This document shows positions 13,801-25,663 of a stretch of DNA of 64,000 bases, piece by piece. Both the position numbers and the translations under genes were made by a program. The notes beneath the pieces were generated by a model, which had not been told where the DNA came from, made no database searches, and was given only the letters and a program-made list of their open reading frames with translations. The stretch's first letter is position 1. Every line of letters begins with the position of its first letter. Origin of the DNA: Tubulanus polymorphus (Eukaryota > Animalia > Nemertea); assembly GCF_964204645.1 (NCBI RefSeq), contig NC_134026.1:26074150-26138149 (forward strand). Reading direction: 5' to 3'.

Positions 13801-14361
13801 AAACCATTTTCTGTTAGGAGCTACTCTAGCTACAGTTCCACTCGGAAGTTTTGATTGAAATGGTGCAGCTTTGATAATTTTTCCAGAACGGTCCCTGCAA
13901 AGATATATGCACTATTATTATTCTCAAATGTCAATAACGAAACAAAGCCATGACAACAGCGAAAACCGTTTACCTAACAGGCTTGAAGTTCTTGTACATT
14001 TTTAGACGGTTGATTGTAGTCCTGTCCCTCATATTGTTCCCACCAGCGCCCTTCGTTCGATCTATAAAAACAAATCAAATGATAATAGTCAGACCGTCAA
14101 TTCTTTCAAGCATATTGTGTAGTAGTAATTGTGCAGCCTCATCTATATCATCCGTATTCATGGTATTTAAAACACTAAGTCGATTTTTTGCTAATCATTA
14201 ACACATACGCAACTGAGAGTGAAAACACGTATGCAACAGAACAGTAGTCGTAGACGTAGGTAGTGTGTAGTGGGTAAAAATGTCTAACCTGGATTCATGC
14301 TGTGCTGCGCTTTATTTACGCTGTCTTTTTTTACAGTCGCTGTCCTTCGCGTTTTCGTCAT
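10860..14361 (-). CDS. GNL2: Nucleolar GTP-binding protein 2 (Nog2, circularly permuted GTPase)
   Basis: [109 protein letters not shown]; stop at 10860. Confidence 0.96.
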
Positions 14362-15174
14362 CCTATGGCTGTATTTGGTGACGAATTTGTTAGATGTTAG
14401 ATGAAGATGTTAGATGAACGGTTAGATGAAGTTCACTGGTGTGTCGAAAATTATGAATAAATAAACACGCGTTTCACTGCAAAAGGTTGAAAGCCTGTTT
14501 TGGTCGATGGCGAGTGACGTCACTAGTACAAATTCCGAGCGGTTCGAATCCCACAATACGCCAAAATCACTACGGCCGCTCTGAGCGCACATCGCATTTA
14601 AACGTTGCCATTTAATAATTGTAAAATAACTAATAATAGTTTAAGTTTTATAAGGGTTAGAAGTACATTGTATTTACTGCTAGTGTATGTATATATCATG
14701 TACGGTTGCGAGAAATCCCTGCCCTGGTTAAACATGAGTCCACTAAACCTTTAAATTTTAAGTTGTTAATGAATCTATTGTTTTAAATTGTTAAAACTGC
14801 AAACATGGTTGTCGAAGATGCACCTTCTTCACATCCTTTGAAATCCTGGATAGCATCGCTGTCGGCAAAGACCTTCAGGTCTGTCTTCAACGGCACATCG
14901 CTTTGGAACAAGCGACTACTGTGTTATCAAATTTGAACTAGGTAAAAAATGTTCCCCAAAAATAAAGACAAGTAAACGGATTAATTTGAGGTTTGAATGT
15001 TTTTGTTTATTTGTTGGTTCAAATTGAACCCTCGTCATCCTGATCTCCATAAATCTAGGAAAAATATTCGCACACTTAAAACAATAAAATACGAGCAATA
15101 AGCAATAACATCAGACTGGAGTAAGTAACTTTACTTAATTCACAGATACAATCCTACACAAAACAATAGCTATT

Positions 15175-15417
15175 CAGTGGCGGATCCGACCCTCTATTTT
15201 TACCGATGTAGCCGCAAATCTATGCGTTACTGACTAAAAACCGAATGAAATCTTTCTATTGAGTAATGCTCAGAATGCACCTGCTTGCATCTATTTTTCC
15301 AAAAATTTTTTAGGGAGGGTCTTCGCGTTATCGGTGCTTGCTCTGGAATGGCTTATAGCCATCTGTTGTTGCTTTCATTTGCCCCCCCCCCCCTTCAAAA
15401 TGCTGGATCCGCCCCTG
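15175..15417. mobile_element. Nested MITE (CAG-GGCGGATCC termini)
   Basis: cagtggcggatcc ... ggatccgcccctg; no clear TSD. Confidence 0.65.
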
Positions 15418-15549
15418 AGTGCAGACAAAATGATCGACAAAGACATACAGAACTCTAAAACAACAGTTAACAATTTAAGCAACGATAGACAAAACAGATA
15501 GCTGATTACTTTACAAACCTGTTGTCAGAACCTTAATTATTTTTACATG

Positions 15550-15875
15550 TACATACAGAGGTCTGTTAACAATTCAACCAATGAAATTGCGATAGAGATA
15601 CAGAACATACAGCTTTAACAGTAAACAATGCAACCAATGAAATTGCGATAGAGATACAGAACATACAGCTTTAACAGTAGACAATTCAACCAATGAATTG
15701 CGATTAACTAAGACATACAGGACATACAGGACTAACTTAATTGCGATAGACATACAGGACTAACAGTAAACAATGCAACCAATGAATTGCGATCGCGATC
15801 ACAAAGACATACAGGACAAACAGGAATAAACCACAGTAAATTGCGATAAAAAAGACATACAGGACTAACTGCAGT
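15550..15875. repeat. Degenerate minisatellite
   Basis: Recurrent caaccaatgaaattgcgata and catacaggactaac modules. Confidence 0.75.
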
Positions 15876-16574
15876 AAATATATAGGGCCTTAGGAATGCA
15901 AAATACATTCATTTTGTCGAATTTAAACATTCCACAACTTATTTCATTATGTCATTTCCAGTTTTCAAAGGGAATTTTCTTAACTTCAGATGCCTCGAGG
16001 ACATAAACATATAGAAAGATCTGTCCCAAAAAAATGTCAAGTGTCTTTCTTAGTGCAATGGGCCCTGGTTTCCACGTTTATATATCACATATAAAATTCT
16101 ACAGAAACAATCAATGAATAAGTGAAAATTTACGAATAACAAACAAGACATTCAAGCGGTTGAGTAAGTTAAAATGGGACCAATCTATATGGATTATACA
16201 ATTTAATCAGGGACAGCCTTGAACCGAGGTTGATGTGTCCATACACTCTCTTCATACACTCTCTGAACATGCATGTATGTATACTGCTGCCAATTGATGA
16301 TAAGTCAAGGATGTTGAAGTTCTAGACATGGTCAGAATCATCCAGAGACATCGGCACGCATCACAATAACTGATGATTTTGCAGTAACCTGTAACATAAA
16401 AAATCAAGCGGTAATCTATTCACAAAATATATTTTCCTGAAAGAGAAAACCTGAAATAGAGCACTATAAACACCAGTGCATATACATTGCTTCTTAACCT
16501 TATATAAAATCGAGTAAATATATACATTCAGGCCTATAGAAAATCGTACAATAGGCCTACAAACTTTTTAGTTA

Positions 16575-16915
16575 GGCTAAACAAAAATGATACCTTGTTT
16601 CTCCGCAGCGGCCGGGTCATTTTTGTAAAATATGATGAAATTTATAAACAGTTCATTTCTATAGCGGCCGGGTCTGTTATGGTAAAATTGATCACGATTT
16701 AAAAAAAAGTAATGTATAGGGTAGATAGGTGGCCGGCATATTTAATTAATATATAATAAATTTTGTAAACAGTTCATTTCTATAGCGGCCGGGTCTGTTA
16801 TGGTAAAATTGATCACGATTTTTAAAAAAGTAATGTATAAAGTAGATAGGCGGCCGGCCGGGTCAACATTTAAGCTCAGCAGAGCGGAGAAACAAGGTAT
16901 CAATTTTTTTTAGCC
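16575..16915. mobile_element. PIF/Harbinger (Tourist-like) MITE nested in the larger element
   Basis: TIRs ggctaa...gataccttgtttctccgc / gcggagaaacaaggtatc...ttagcc; TTA TSD at 16572-16574 and 16916-16918; internal ~120-bp duplication. Confidence 0.75.
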
Positions 16916-17015
16916 TTAGTTATTCTATATGGTCACCAGGGGGTGTTGAATAGTAGAATAACTTAGCATTAGAGCCCACAGATAGAAGAACATATACAGC
17001 CTACAAGTAAAACTA

Positions 17016-17194
17016 CAGTCAACCCCCACGATATACTGCCCACATCGATGCAGAACAATATTGACGGTATAGAGAATATAGGGGGTGTATCGGGGGTGTA
17101 TTACTATGTATTGGTATTGAGATATTACATTGAGAAAACCTGGCAGAAGGCGGGGATGGCAGTAAATGGGAGGGCGGTATATCGGGGTTGACTG
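17016..17194. mobile_element. Tc1/mariner-type MITE
   Basis: TA|cagtcaacccc ... ggggttgactg|TA. Confidence 0.8.
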
Positions 17195-17722
17195 TATAAA
17201 GAAATTACCAGGCAAAAATGTTCGAAAAAAAATATTCATACAAAAATTAAGTATTCAGAAATTTTTTCCCCATATTTTTCACATGCATCTTATCTCTGCT
17301 AAGACAAAGTACATTGTATGTTACCTGTTTTTAAACCTGGAATCACTATTATCTTCAACAGGCGAATGGACAGAAAATTGGGAAAAAGGAATGACCAACT
17401 TTTCCCATCCACCATGTAAGGATTGCGGACGAGTAGAGCAAAATGGTAAAGGTGCACGCCTAATCATTTTAGATGCAGGAAGTCGAAATGGCTTTGTGCC
17501 AGGTGCAAACCTGGTTTTTGAAGCAAAAAATGGTTCTGGAGATTATCATCACCAAATGGATGGTAAATATTATTAAGTCTTTGTTTTCAATATCCATATT
17601 AATGTCTATTTCAACTTGGCTTCAGAGCATATCAGATTGCCTAGCTCAGTCAGTTTTGGTGGTAAATATCTGGTAAAGGTCCTATTGGTTAAGTTTGAAT
17701 TATTGTCCTCGTTGAAAACATG

Positions 17723-18310
17723 ACAACCCTGATTGTAGACCATTTTTACTCGTCGACAATGTCTACACACCTGATTGTAGACCATTTTTACTCGTCGACA
17801 ATGTCTACAACCCTAATTGTCATCCGATTCTATTCGTCGACAATGTCTACAACCCTGATTGTAGACCATTTGTACTCGTCGACAATGTCTACAACCCTGA
17901 TTGTCGAGTAAAATCGGTCGACAATCAGGATTCTAGACATTGTCGACGAGTACAAATGGTCGAAAATCAGGGTTGTAGACATTGTCGACGAATAGAATCG
18001 GATGACAATCAGGGTTGTAGACATTGTCGACGAGTAAAAATGGTCTACAATCAGGTGTGTAGACATTGTCGACGAATAGAATCGGATGACAATCAGGGTT
18101 GTAGACATTGTCGACGAGTAAAAATGGTCTACAATCAGGTGTGTAGACATTGTCGACGAGTAAAAATGGTCTACAATCAGGGTTGTCGACATTGTCGACG
18201 AGTACAATTGGTCAACAATTAGGGTTGCAAACATTGTCGACGAGTAGAATCGGTCGACATTTAGGATTGTAGACATTGTCGACGAGTAAAATCGGTCGAC
18301 GGTTAGAATC
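17723..18310. repeat. 42-bp minisatellite with internal inversion
   Basis: Unit acaaccctgattgtagaccatttttactcgtcgacaatgtct: ~4.5 forward copies, then ~9 reverse-complement copies after ~17905. Confidence 0.92.
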
Positions 18311-18427
18311 AGTCGAATACAGTCCATGCGGATTAATTTCAAATACCAGTCCGCTGTGATTAGATTCTGCGCAGATCTACTTTTACCTGTTCTGGAGTTG
18401 AGCCGAAACTTTTGTGAAACTAGGCCC

Positions 18428-18481
18428 AGGGGCCGGTTGCTCAAAAGTTGATTTAAAACAACCTTTGAGCAGCCAGCCCCT
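18428..18481. mobile_element. Short hairpin MITE; related fragment at ~5757 in SNRPD3 intron
   Basis: aggggccggttgctcaaaagttg / caacctttgagcagccagcccct; ccaggggccagttgctc also occurs at ~5755. Confidence 0.5.
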
Positions 18482-20399
18482 CCATAGCATAAATTGCTCT
18501 GATTGTGTGACAACTGATATCTCAAAAAAGTATACCCATCAAAAATATCACTCTCTAATAGTCGTATGAAAAATGCTGATCGCCTACAGCCTACATCAAT
18601 CATCAATTTCGCAACTAATCATATTCTATGTGCTTTTCAGGAGACATATTCGAAACATGGCTCGAGGACCAATTGATTCCAGCATTAGAGGAACCTTCCC
18701 TTATAGTCATGGACCAAGCGTCATATCATCTCTGCTTAGTAAAGGAAAGTCAGGCTCCAAAAAGCTCAGAGTAAAGAAGAGATCAAGGTATTAAAAAACC
18801 TAGATGGCCAGTTTTGAAAAATTGTTTTCACAAATTCAATTTAAAGACATATTTTAGCGACAATGTGAGTGTGGTGGTAACGTGGCCATGGTGGCAATAA
18901 CAAGACTCCAAAACTGGCAAAAGCCAAAATTAAAAAGCCCTGCCGCCGCGCGGTCGCGACCTGCACCACCGTGCACGATGGCGATGCTCGCGGCGTTCAC
19001 TAGTGTTACCCAGTGAGTTTTTTATAATCTTGCAATCTACCTCTTTTTTCAAACCAATATTCCCACCAACTGGTCCGGAGACAAGCTTAACACGTTCGGA
19101 AAACATGATTCACAATCTTTTAATCAACAGCCAGCAAGAATACACTTGACAGCAAATTCAAATTCAGCGGTTAACCGTTAAAAGTGAGTTGTTCAGCTTT
19201 GGGAGTAACAAAAAGGCGATCTTGATGACGTCACTAGCCATCGACCAAAACAGGCTTTCAACCTTTTGCCGTTTCACTGGCCAGAAATGGAAACGGAAGT
19301 ACGCGACGACCTTCACTGTAGAGCCTCATCACCGAAGTACATAAAAATAAGAACAGCGGACTTTTCAAAATCCGGCCTTACTTTACTGCTTTAACGTATA
19401 GTCGGCCCACTTTTTCAGAGAAAAAAAATGTTTTCAGTCCTAAATGAGGATATATCGAACCCTTATCAGCACAAACCTTAAGGCCATCTTTTCCCGGTTT
19501 TGTAAAAATGGTCCCTCCCAGAGTTTTGCACCACTCCGTCCCCCAGCAATCATAAGTGCTCGTAGGAAATTTTGAGATCTGATCGGAAAACTTGCCTTCT
19601 CATTTGATAAACAATTAAAGAGTTAGCAAGCATGCTGTAACCAGAGACCACTCGCGATGGCCTGGACCTGCAGTGCAAGCAGCATCAAAGAGATTCTTTT
19701 GCACGTGCAGGTTGTTACAATGTAACAATGTCGATTTAGCAACTCCACAGAAAATCAATATAAAAGTAACAAGAGAAATCTCTTTACAATTGTAATTTAT
19801 TTGTAAAAGAATAATCGTTGTTATGAAAAAAAAACCAGCAGATCTAATATTAAGACAAACAAGGCTTTCTAAAACAGATTCCTTTTTAAAAATGATCATT
19901 TGAACAACAGATACAGTATAGTAGTAATAAAGAGGAATGGGACAAATCTTAAGTACAAATGTGCTCTTCTTTCTCCTCAAACATCGGCAAGACAAATGGA
20001 ATGTATAGCATTGTATTAAAATGTTTTTTTCTTTTAGTAGCATCAGCAGTTACACCCATAGTACCTGTCAATATCATATGCATTGTCTTAAATTCATAAA
20101 TGAAATATAATGTGAGAGTTATGCCTTTAGTAAGTAGTGTCACAAAAGTTACTGGTACAGAGGGGCTCTACAGCGTAAGCTCATTTATTAACAATGAACA
20201 AGGACTGATACCTAGAAAATAACGGTAGTTCAAATCAATATACTATTCCTTGTACTTGTACAAAAAATCAAATTGTCTCATATTTAGTATTCAGCAAATC
20301 CTATGAGTTCATTCCAAAAAGGTTCCACTGCATTTAATGATAAATCTATTTTCGGAAGGTACAAAAACAAAATTAAATAGTTAAATTTCTAAACGTATA

Positions 20400-22838
20400 T
20401 TAAAGTTCTTCTCTCATAAGTTTATCCAAATGGTTGCCATAGTCTGTAGCTTGACTTCCAACAAAAACTTCATGAGCATCAACTATTTCCTCTTTAGTCA
20501 GTTTTCCATCTTTATCTTTATCAGATTCATTTATGAGATGTTTAGCCTCCTCAATTGCTGCTTCATCAAATGTTGGTAGAGACCAAGCTTGAACTTCATC
20601 ACGACTAAGATACCCATTGCCATCTTTATCGTGTTCTTTGAAGTTTTCTTTTTCAGCAATTTGATCTTCTTCTTTTTCTGGTTTATCTGAAAAATAGAAA
20701 TAAAAAGTTTTAGGAGCTGGCGACCAAGGAGAGCCGCAGACGAGTGACTTTTATTTCGACAATAAAGTAAATTTGGCTGTCGCTCAAAAAAGTCACCCAT
20801 GGTGGCAAGCCTTCATATAGAAATTGTCTCAGTTTATGGCTTTAATTGGTAGAATTACAAGTTTCAAGGCAGAGTTTGCTCATCACATTACTTGCTGAAT
20901 GTTCACTTATAAGTAAATCAACTCACGGTCTCCCATAAATTCTTCAAATGAAACTTTTCCATCTTTGTTTTTGTCATGTTCCTCCATCACACGTTCCATC
21001 TCAACATCATTCAAATGTTTATGCTCCGAAGGATGAAGGAAAGCATCGTACTCATCTAAAGATAGGAAATTATCTTTATCCAAATCAGCAACCATGAATT
21101 TCTTCTTGTCATAGTGAATCAGCTAAAATAAACGATTACATCAGTAAACAAAAAGGCTCTCAAACGAATTTGTGTATGGAGGAAATCAAGGATTTCACTA
21201 ACCATCACAAAATTAACCATCTCATCACTGGTATCCTTTTCAAATTCTTTGACTTCATCAGCTGTATATCCATACATCTTGTCAAGATATTCTTCCCAAC
21301 TTACACCTACATTTTGGTCCCTATTAGCTTGTTCAAACTGCCTTGTAGCCTCGTCCCGATCCAACTGACTAAAAAGATTGTCGCATAAAAACACTAAAAA
21401 CAAAACTGTAATTATGTGTATAATGAATGTGCATGATTTATACTAGACTGCAGACTCACCGGAATGATTTCTTAACCCAACCATCAAGTTCCTCTTCAGT
21501 AACAAATCCATCTTCATCCTTATCCATTAGATCCACCAATTGTCCAAGGCGCTTCTTGGCCTCTGCTGGCTCAAGATGTTTGTACTCTTCAGCTTGATCA
21601 TGGGACCCTGAAAAGATAGAGAAATTATGAAATCATGCACAAGTTTCTAGAAAAATTATGCACTCTTTCACAGAAATATCAGCCACACTAAAAATGAGCT
21701 ATAAGGAAGCAAAAATTGGAAATATTTTGAACTTTCACCTGTTTTCAGGCTCTTGGATTGTCTTAGTTAAGGAGGGGAGGTTGTGAAAGCTCTTTAGGCT
21801 CAAGTACACATTAGGGCACACATGTACTAAAACTTAACTCATGTACGCACAAGCATATGTACAGCTGCATACTTGATTTGACTTATTACGATCGTTGGAT
21901 CAATTTTATAATCATTTTGCTTGAACACATGTGCTCATTGTAATGCATATGCTGACGTGTTTTATTGAAAATTAGCAGCCACGTGGAATTAAAACAAAAG
22001 TTAATTCTATTCAATGATTTCTATTCAAATTCAATAAGCAGTGATTTTTTGGAAACTGCTTCCCTAAGCAGAATATGCATTTAAAAACGTTTACATTTCA
22101 AATATCACTGCAAAAATGATATTTTCTAATAGAAAATTGACTGACATTTAGAGACAAAATGTTGAACTGAATATGCAAAGCAAATGGCTGTGAAGTTGGT
22201 TTTATGTAAGAATTGCCATTAAAAATAAAAGATGAAAACCAATTCATATGAAATAAAAATGTAGCATGAAGAACAAGTAAATTCATGAAAGTAAATTCAT
22301 AAGCAATATTAAGCTAACATCAATTCATCCTCTTACCAGATGCATTATATTCCCCTTTCATAGCACCTAAAAGGTATTTTAAGGCATTGTGATTGTACAG
22401 TTGCCTTTTAGAAATGCTGGGCATACTCATATTCTCACAAGGCAAAGCCCCCTCATCATGAAACGACAAACATCAATTGCTGTGAGACGCAAATAAATTC
22501 CAGGAAGTGAAAAAACTGTAATAGTATGACGTATAGTTTTCAATACAAGTAAGCACAGGGGCTTCACTGTAGCTGTCAAATCAAAGATTCGGCCTAGTGG
22601 TACCTTTAAAACACCTTTTTGGTGGTATCTAGGATACTGGATCGAATCTTTGATTTTGGACCCTTCGATTCTCACCTAGCACAGCTTCATGGTCGTATTC
22701 ATCATTATGATGACCATCCTTCTGATGCGGAGATTGTGGTCCATGGTGTATCTCTTCTTTCATTCCTTGATGGGTTTTTTCACAAGAAACTTGCACGGCT
22801 ACAAGTCCGCAAACACACAGCAATATCATCTTATGCAT
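20400..22838 (-). CDS. CREC-family (calumenin/reticulocalbin-like) EF-hand protein A, 5 exons, C-terminal REEL
   Basis: Signal MHKMILLCVCGLVAV; His-rich segment then DHEAVLG; EF-hand loops DKDEDGFVTEEE, DLDKDNFLSLDE, DKNKDGKVSFEE, DKDGNGYLSRDE, DKDKDGKLTKEE; FVGSQATDYG...REEL*. Confidence 0.92.
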
Positions 22839-23557
22839 TGCGACTGGTAGAAACAAACTGCGGAGAGGGAGGAGCACAGAGACAGTGCACTCTTCAACGC
22901 TAAATCGTCGACTGACAGCTGGGCATATGCAGGAATAATACATTGCACACTTGCGATCATGGTGTATCAAAACCAAATTAATAAAAAACCTTTTGTATCG
23001 GACTATAAAATTCTTTACCAATAAATGTCTTTTTTGTTTATTCTCTTTGGTTTAAGCATGACTCAAATCAATTTTCAATGGGTATGTTATGGGATTTCGA
23101 AGATATTAGACGATTAAGAAATTCTTTAAGTTACTGTTTTGACATGTAATGAAATAAAGATGGCAGCGCTCATGATAAGTTCCGGAAAGCAGAAATAAGG
23201 TAATAAAAGTCTTAATTATGAATTTTTTTGCCCTTTGATAGTTCATTCCCTTTGGAAACAGTTAAACAATGCTTTCCTTTTTGCTATACATTACAAATCA
23301 ATACTCTGACGATAACTGTCAATCCTTCATTTGGATATATAATGTCCACATAATCAGTTCAACTCGTTCAAATTCAATTCAATTAAGATTTTATTCTTCA
23401 TATTGTAAAATAACGATACTTAATTTGCTAACCTGTGAAAAGTATTTTTTTCCTTATTATATAATACGAAAAAAAGATTATTTAGGCTAAAATTCTCATC
23501 ATTGACTTAGGCTATACCGGTTGTACTAGATAAGCCGAATATGTAATCATAGACGGT

Positions 23558-24105
23558 CTAATGTCTATTTATTAATTGATGAGACCTGTTTTTCTGGGAT
23601 ATTTTGCTTACTTTTTGGGGTACATACCTCATTTATGTCTTAACAGAATGCCAAAAATCGCGGACAACAACTGAATATCCGATATATTTCCAGTTCTGTA
23701 CCAATTAGATGGATTGGCAAAAAGACTCCTTAAGTCCAGTTGAATGAGAGAGAAAATCCTCCATTTTGTGAAATTTCTTGAATTTTTACATTGTCACCAT
23801 GCCTACGAAATGAAGTTATTTTTCTTGTGGGGTCTCAACAACTAAATCAGGGTGGCGTAGGCATGGTAACAATGTTCAAATCCAAGAAATTTGACAAAAT
23901 GGAGGATTTTCTCTCTCATTCAACTGGACTTAAGGAGTCTTTTTGCTAATCCATCTAATTGGTACAGAACTGGAAATATATCGGATATTCAGTTGTTGTC
24001 CGCGATTTTTGGCATTCTGTTAAGACATAAATGAGGTATGTACCCCAAAAAGTAAGCAAAATATCCCAGAAAAACAGGTCTCATCAATTAATAAATAGAC
24101 ATTAG
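23558..24105. repeat. Long inverted repeat (foldback-like), ~250-bp arms, ~48-bp spacer
   Basis: ctaatgtctatttattaattgatgagacc...catgcctacg is reverse-complemented by cgtaggcatgg...ggtctcatcaattaataaatagacattag with only a few mismatches. Confidence 0.93.
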
Positions 24106-24166
24106 TATCTAGTTGTTCCTCAGTTGTAGGGGACCGTAACAACGTCTGGTATTCAAACTAGGGTAA

Positions 24167-25663
24167 TCATAGTTCATCTTTAAGCTTATATGAATTTTCT
24201 GTATAGGCTTGAGAAATAGCAGCATTTGCATCAAAAAAGTCATAGCTGTCCAAAATTTCTTTTTCTGAAAGTTTTCCATCTTTATTACTGTCAGCCTTTT
24301 TGATAAGCTCTTTCACATCATCTGATGCTATGACCTCCATCGGCGGCAAGAACCATGCAACAACTTCATCAAAATCAAAGACCCCATCTTCGTTTAAATC
24401 ATGTGCAACAAATTCTTTTTGTGCCAGTTTTACGGCACGAGGCCAGTCATCTTCTTTCTCTGGTAAATCTGAATAAATGAAATATTCAGATTAAGTGTTA
24501 CTAGTAGACCTAATGATGGAAATTTCAAAGCCTGTTGTATGAGGAAAGTGCACCTCCTTAGATGTACATACCCTCGCGGTAATCGGCCATTTCTTTAACA
24601 GTTAGTTTTGAATCATTATCCTGGTCAAGGTATTTCAGTATAATCTTGCTCTCTATGACAGCCATGTGTTTATGATAAGCAGGATTCAACAATGCGTCAT
24701 ACTCATTCAAATCAAGAACGTCGTTGCCATCTTTGTCGGCAGTCTGAAATTTCTCTCGATCTTGTATAATTGACTGTAATGAAATTCGAAATCCCTGTAT
24801 GTTTTCTTACCGGCACCTAAATCTATCTAATCCGGAATTTTATTGTCATAAAATAAACAGCTGTCTTGATGCCGTGAAGTTTGGATATATAAAACAAATC
24901 AAAATCAATTTTATAAGTAAATTTACTTAATTCTCCACCGGAATTTGGAATATTCATCCAGTTTTCCTTTGATAAAATATGTGAAGGTTAAATACCGAAG
25001 CAAAGAAAGCTGTCTCTTCATCCTTTTTTGTGTCTAATCCTTTCACATCTTCTGTTGTGTATCCATATTCTTTTTTTAGGTGCTCCTCCCAGGTTATTGT
25101 TCCATCTTTGTTTACATCTGCCTTCTTAAAGTTATCCTCTGTTCTATCCATATCCATTTTTCTGTATACAAAATGTCCCGATTCATGAAATCATTCTGAT
25201 TGATCTAAACACTATATTGTCATTGGAATTATTACCGATGTGTTTTATATATCCATTTGGTCAACTCTTCTTCTGATATGACATCATCTTTAGTTTCATC
25301 TATAAGCTTGATTAGTCTTTTCAGACCTCTCTTAATTTCTTTGGAGTCAGGGCTTGAAATTTCTTCTTTTGGCCCTGAAATGTTTTATGATCTAATTATA
25401 TTCTTGGTCATATCTGCAGTATTTCTGTCTTGAGGTTCCAGGTATGTTAGCTCTTATAAATGTAGTGATAGAGGAACTATATAATTCATATTGTCATAAG
25501 TATCAATTTCAAAATACTTCAGAAGACAACTTTATGATTGATATTTACCCTCATTGTGTTCTTGCACCTTGTTTGCCTGAGAATTTTGGATATTTCCATT
25601 TTTATTTGTGTAGACAGTTGTCATTAGAATTCCGAATGTGAGAAGAAATATCAAGTGATGCAT
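24167..25663 (-). CDS. CREC-family EF-hand protein B (divergent), 5 exons, C-terminal KDEL
   Basis: Signal MHHLIFLLTFGILMTTV; DVNKDGTITWEE, DKDGNDVLDLNE, DLNEDGVFDFDE, DSNKDGKLSEKE; ends LKDEL*. Confidence 0.88.

Larger units (their letters stand above)
17362..18787 (+). pseudogene. Intron-containing IS630/Tc1-like DDE transposase fragment (exons ~17362-17562, 18641-18787)
   Basis: GKGARLIILDAGSRNGFVPGANLVFEAKNGSGDYHHQMDG spliced in phase (G|gtaaat...ttttcag|GA) to DIFETWLEDQLIPALEEPSLIVMDQASYH; TAA at 18772 with apparent frameshift to KEEIK. Confidence 0.75.
14479..19269. mobile_element. ~4.8-kb non-autonomous Mutator-like TIR element with 9-bp TSD
   Basis: 44-bp TIRs with 1 mismatch (gcaaaaggttgaaagcctgttttggtcgatggc[g/t]agtgacgtca); perfect TSD cgtttcact at 14470-14478 and 19270-19278. 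Confidence 0.9.

Noticed and set aside
17720-18606. Repetitive ORFs (YSSTMSTTLIVDHF; CRHCRR) and CRISPR-like periodicity
   Set aside because: Translations of a 42-bp minisatellite; no unique spacers; eukaryotic context.
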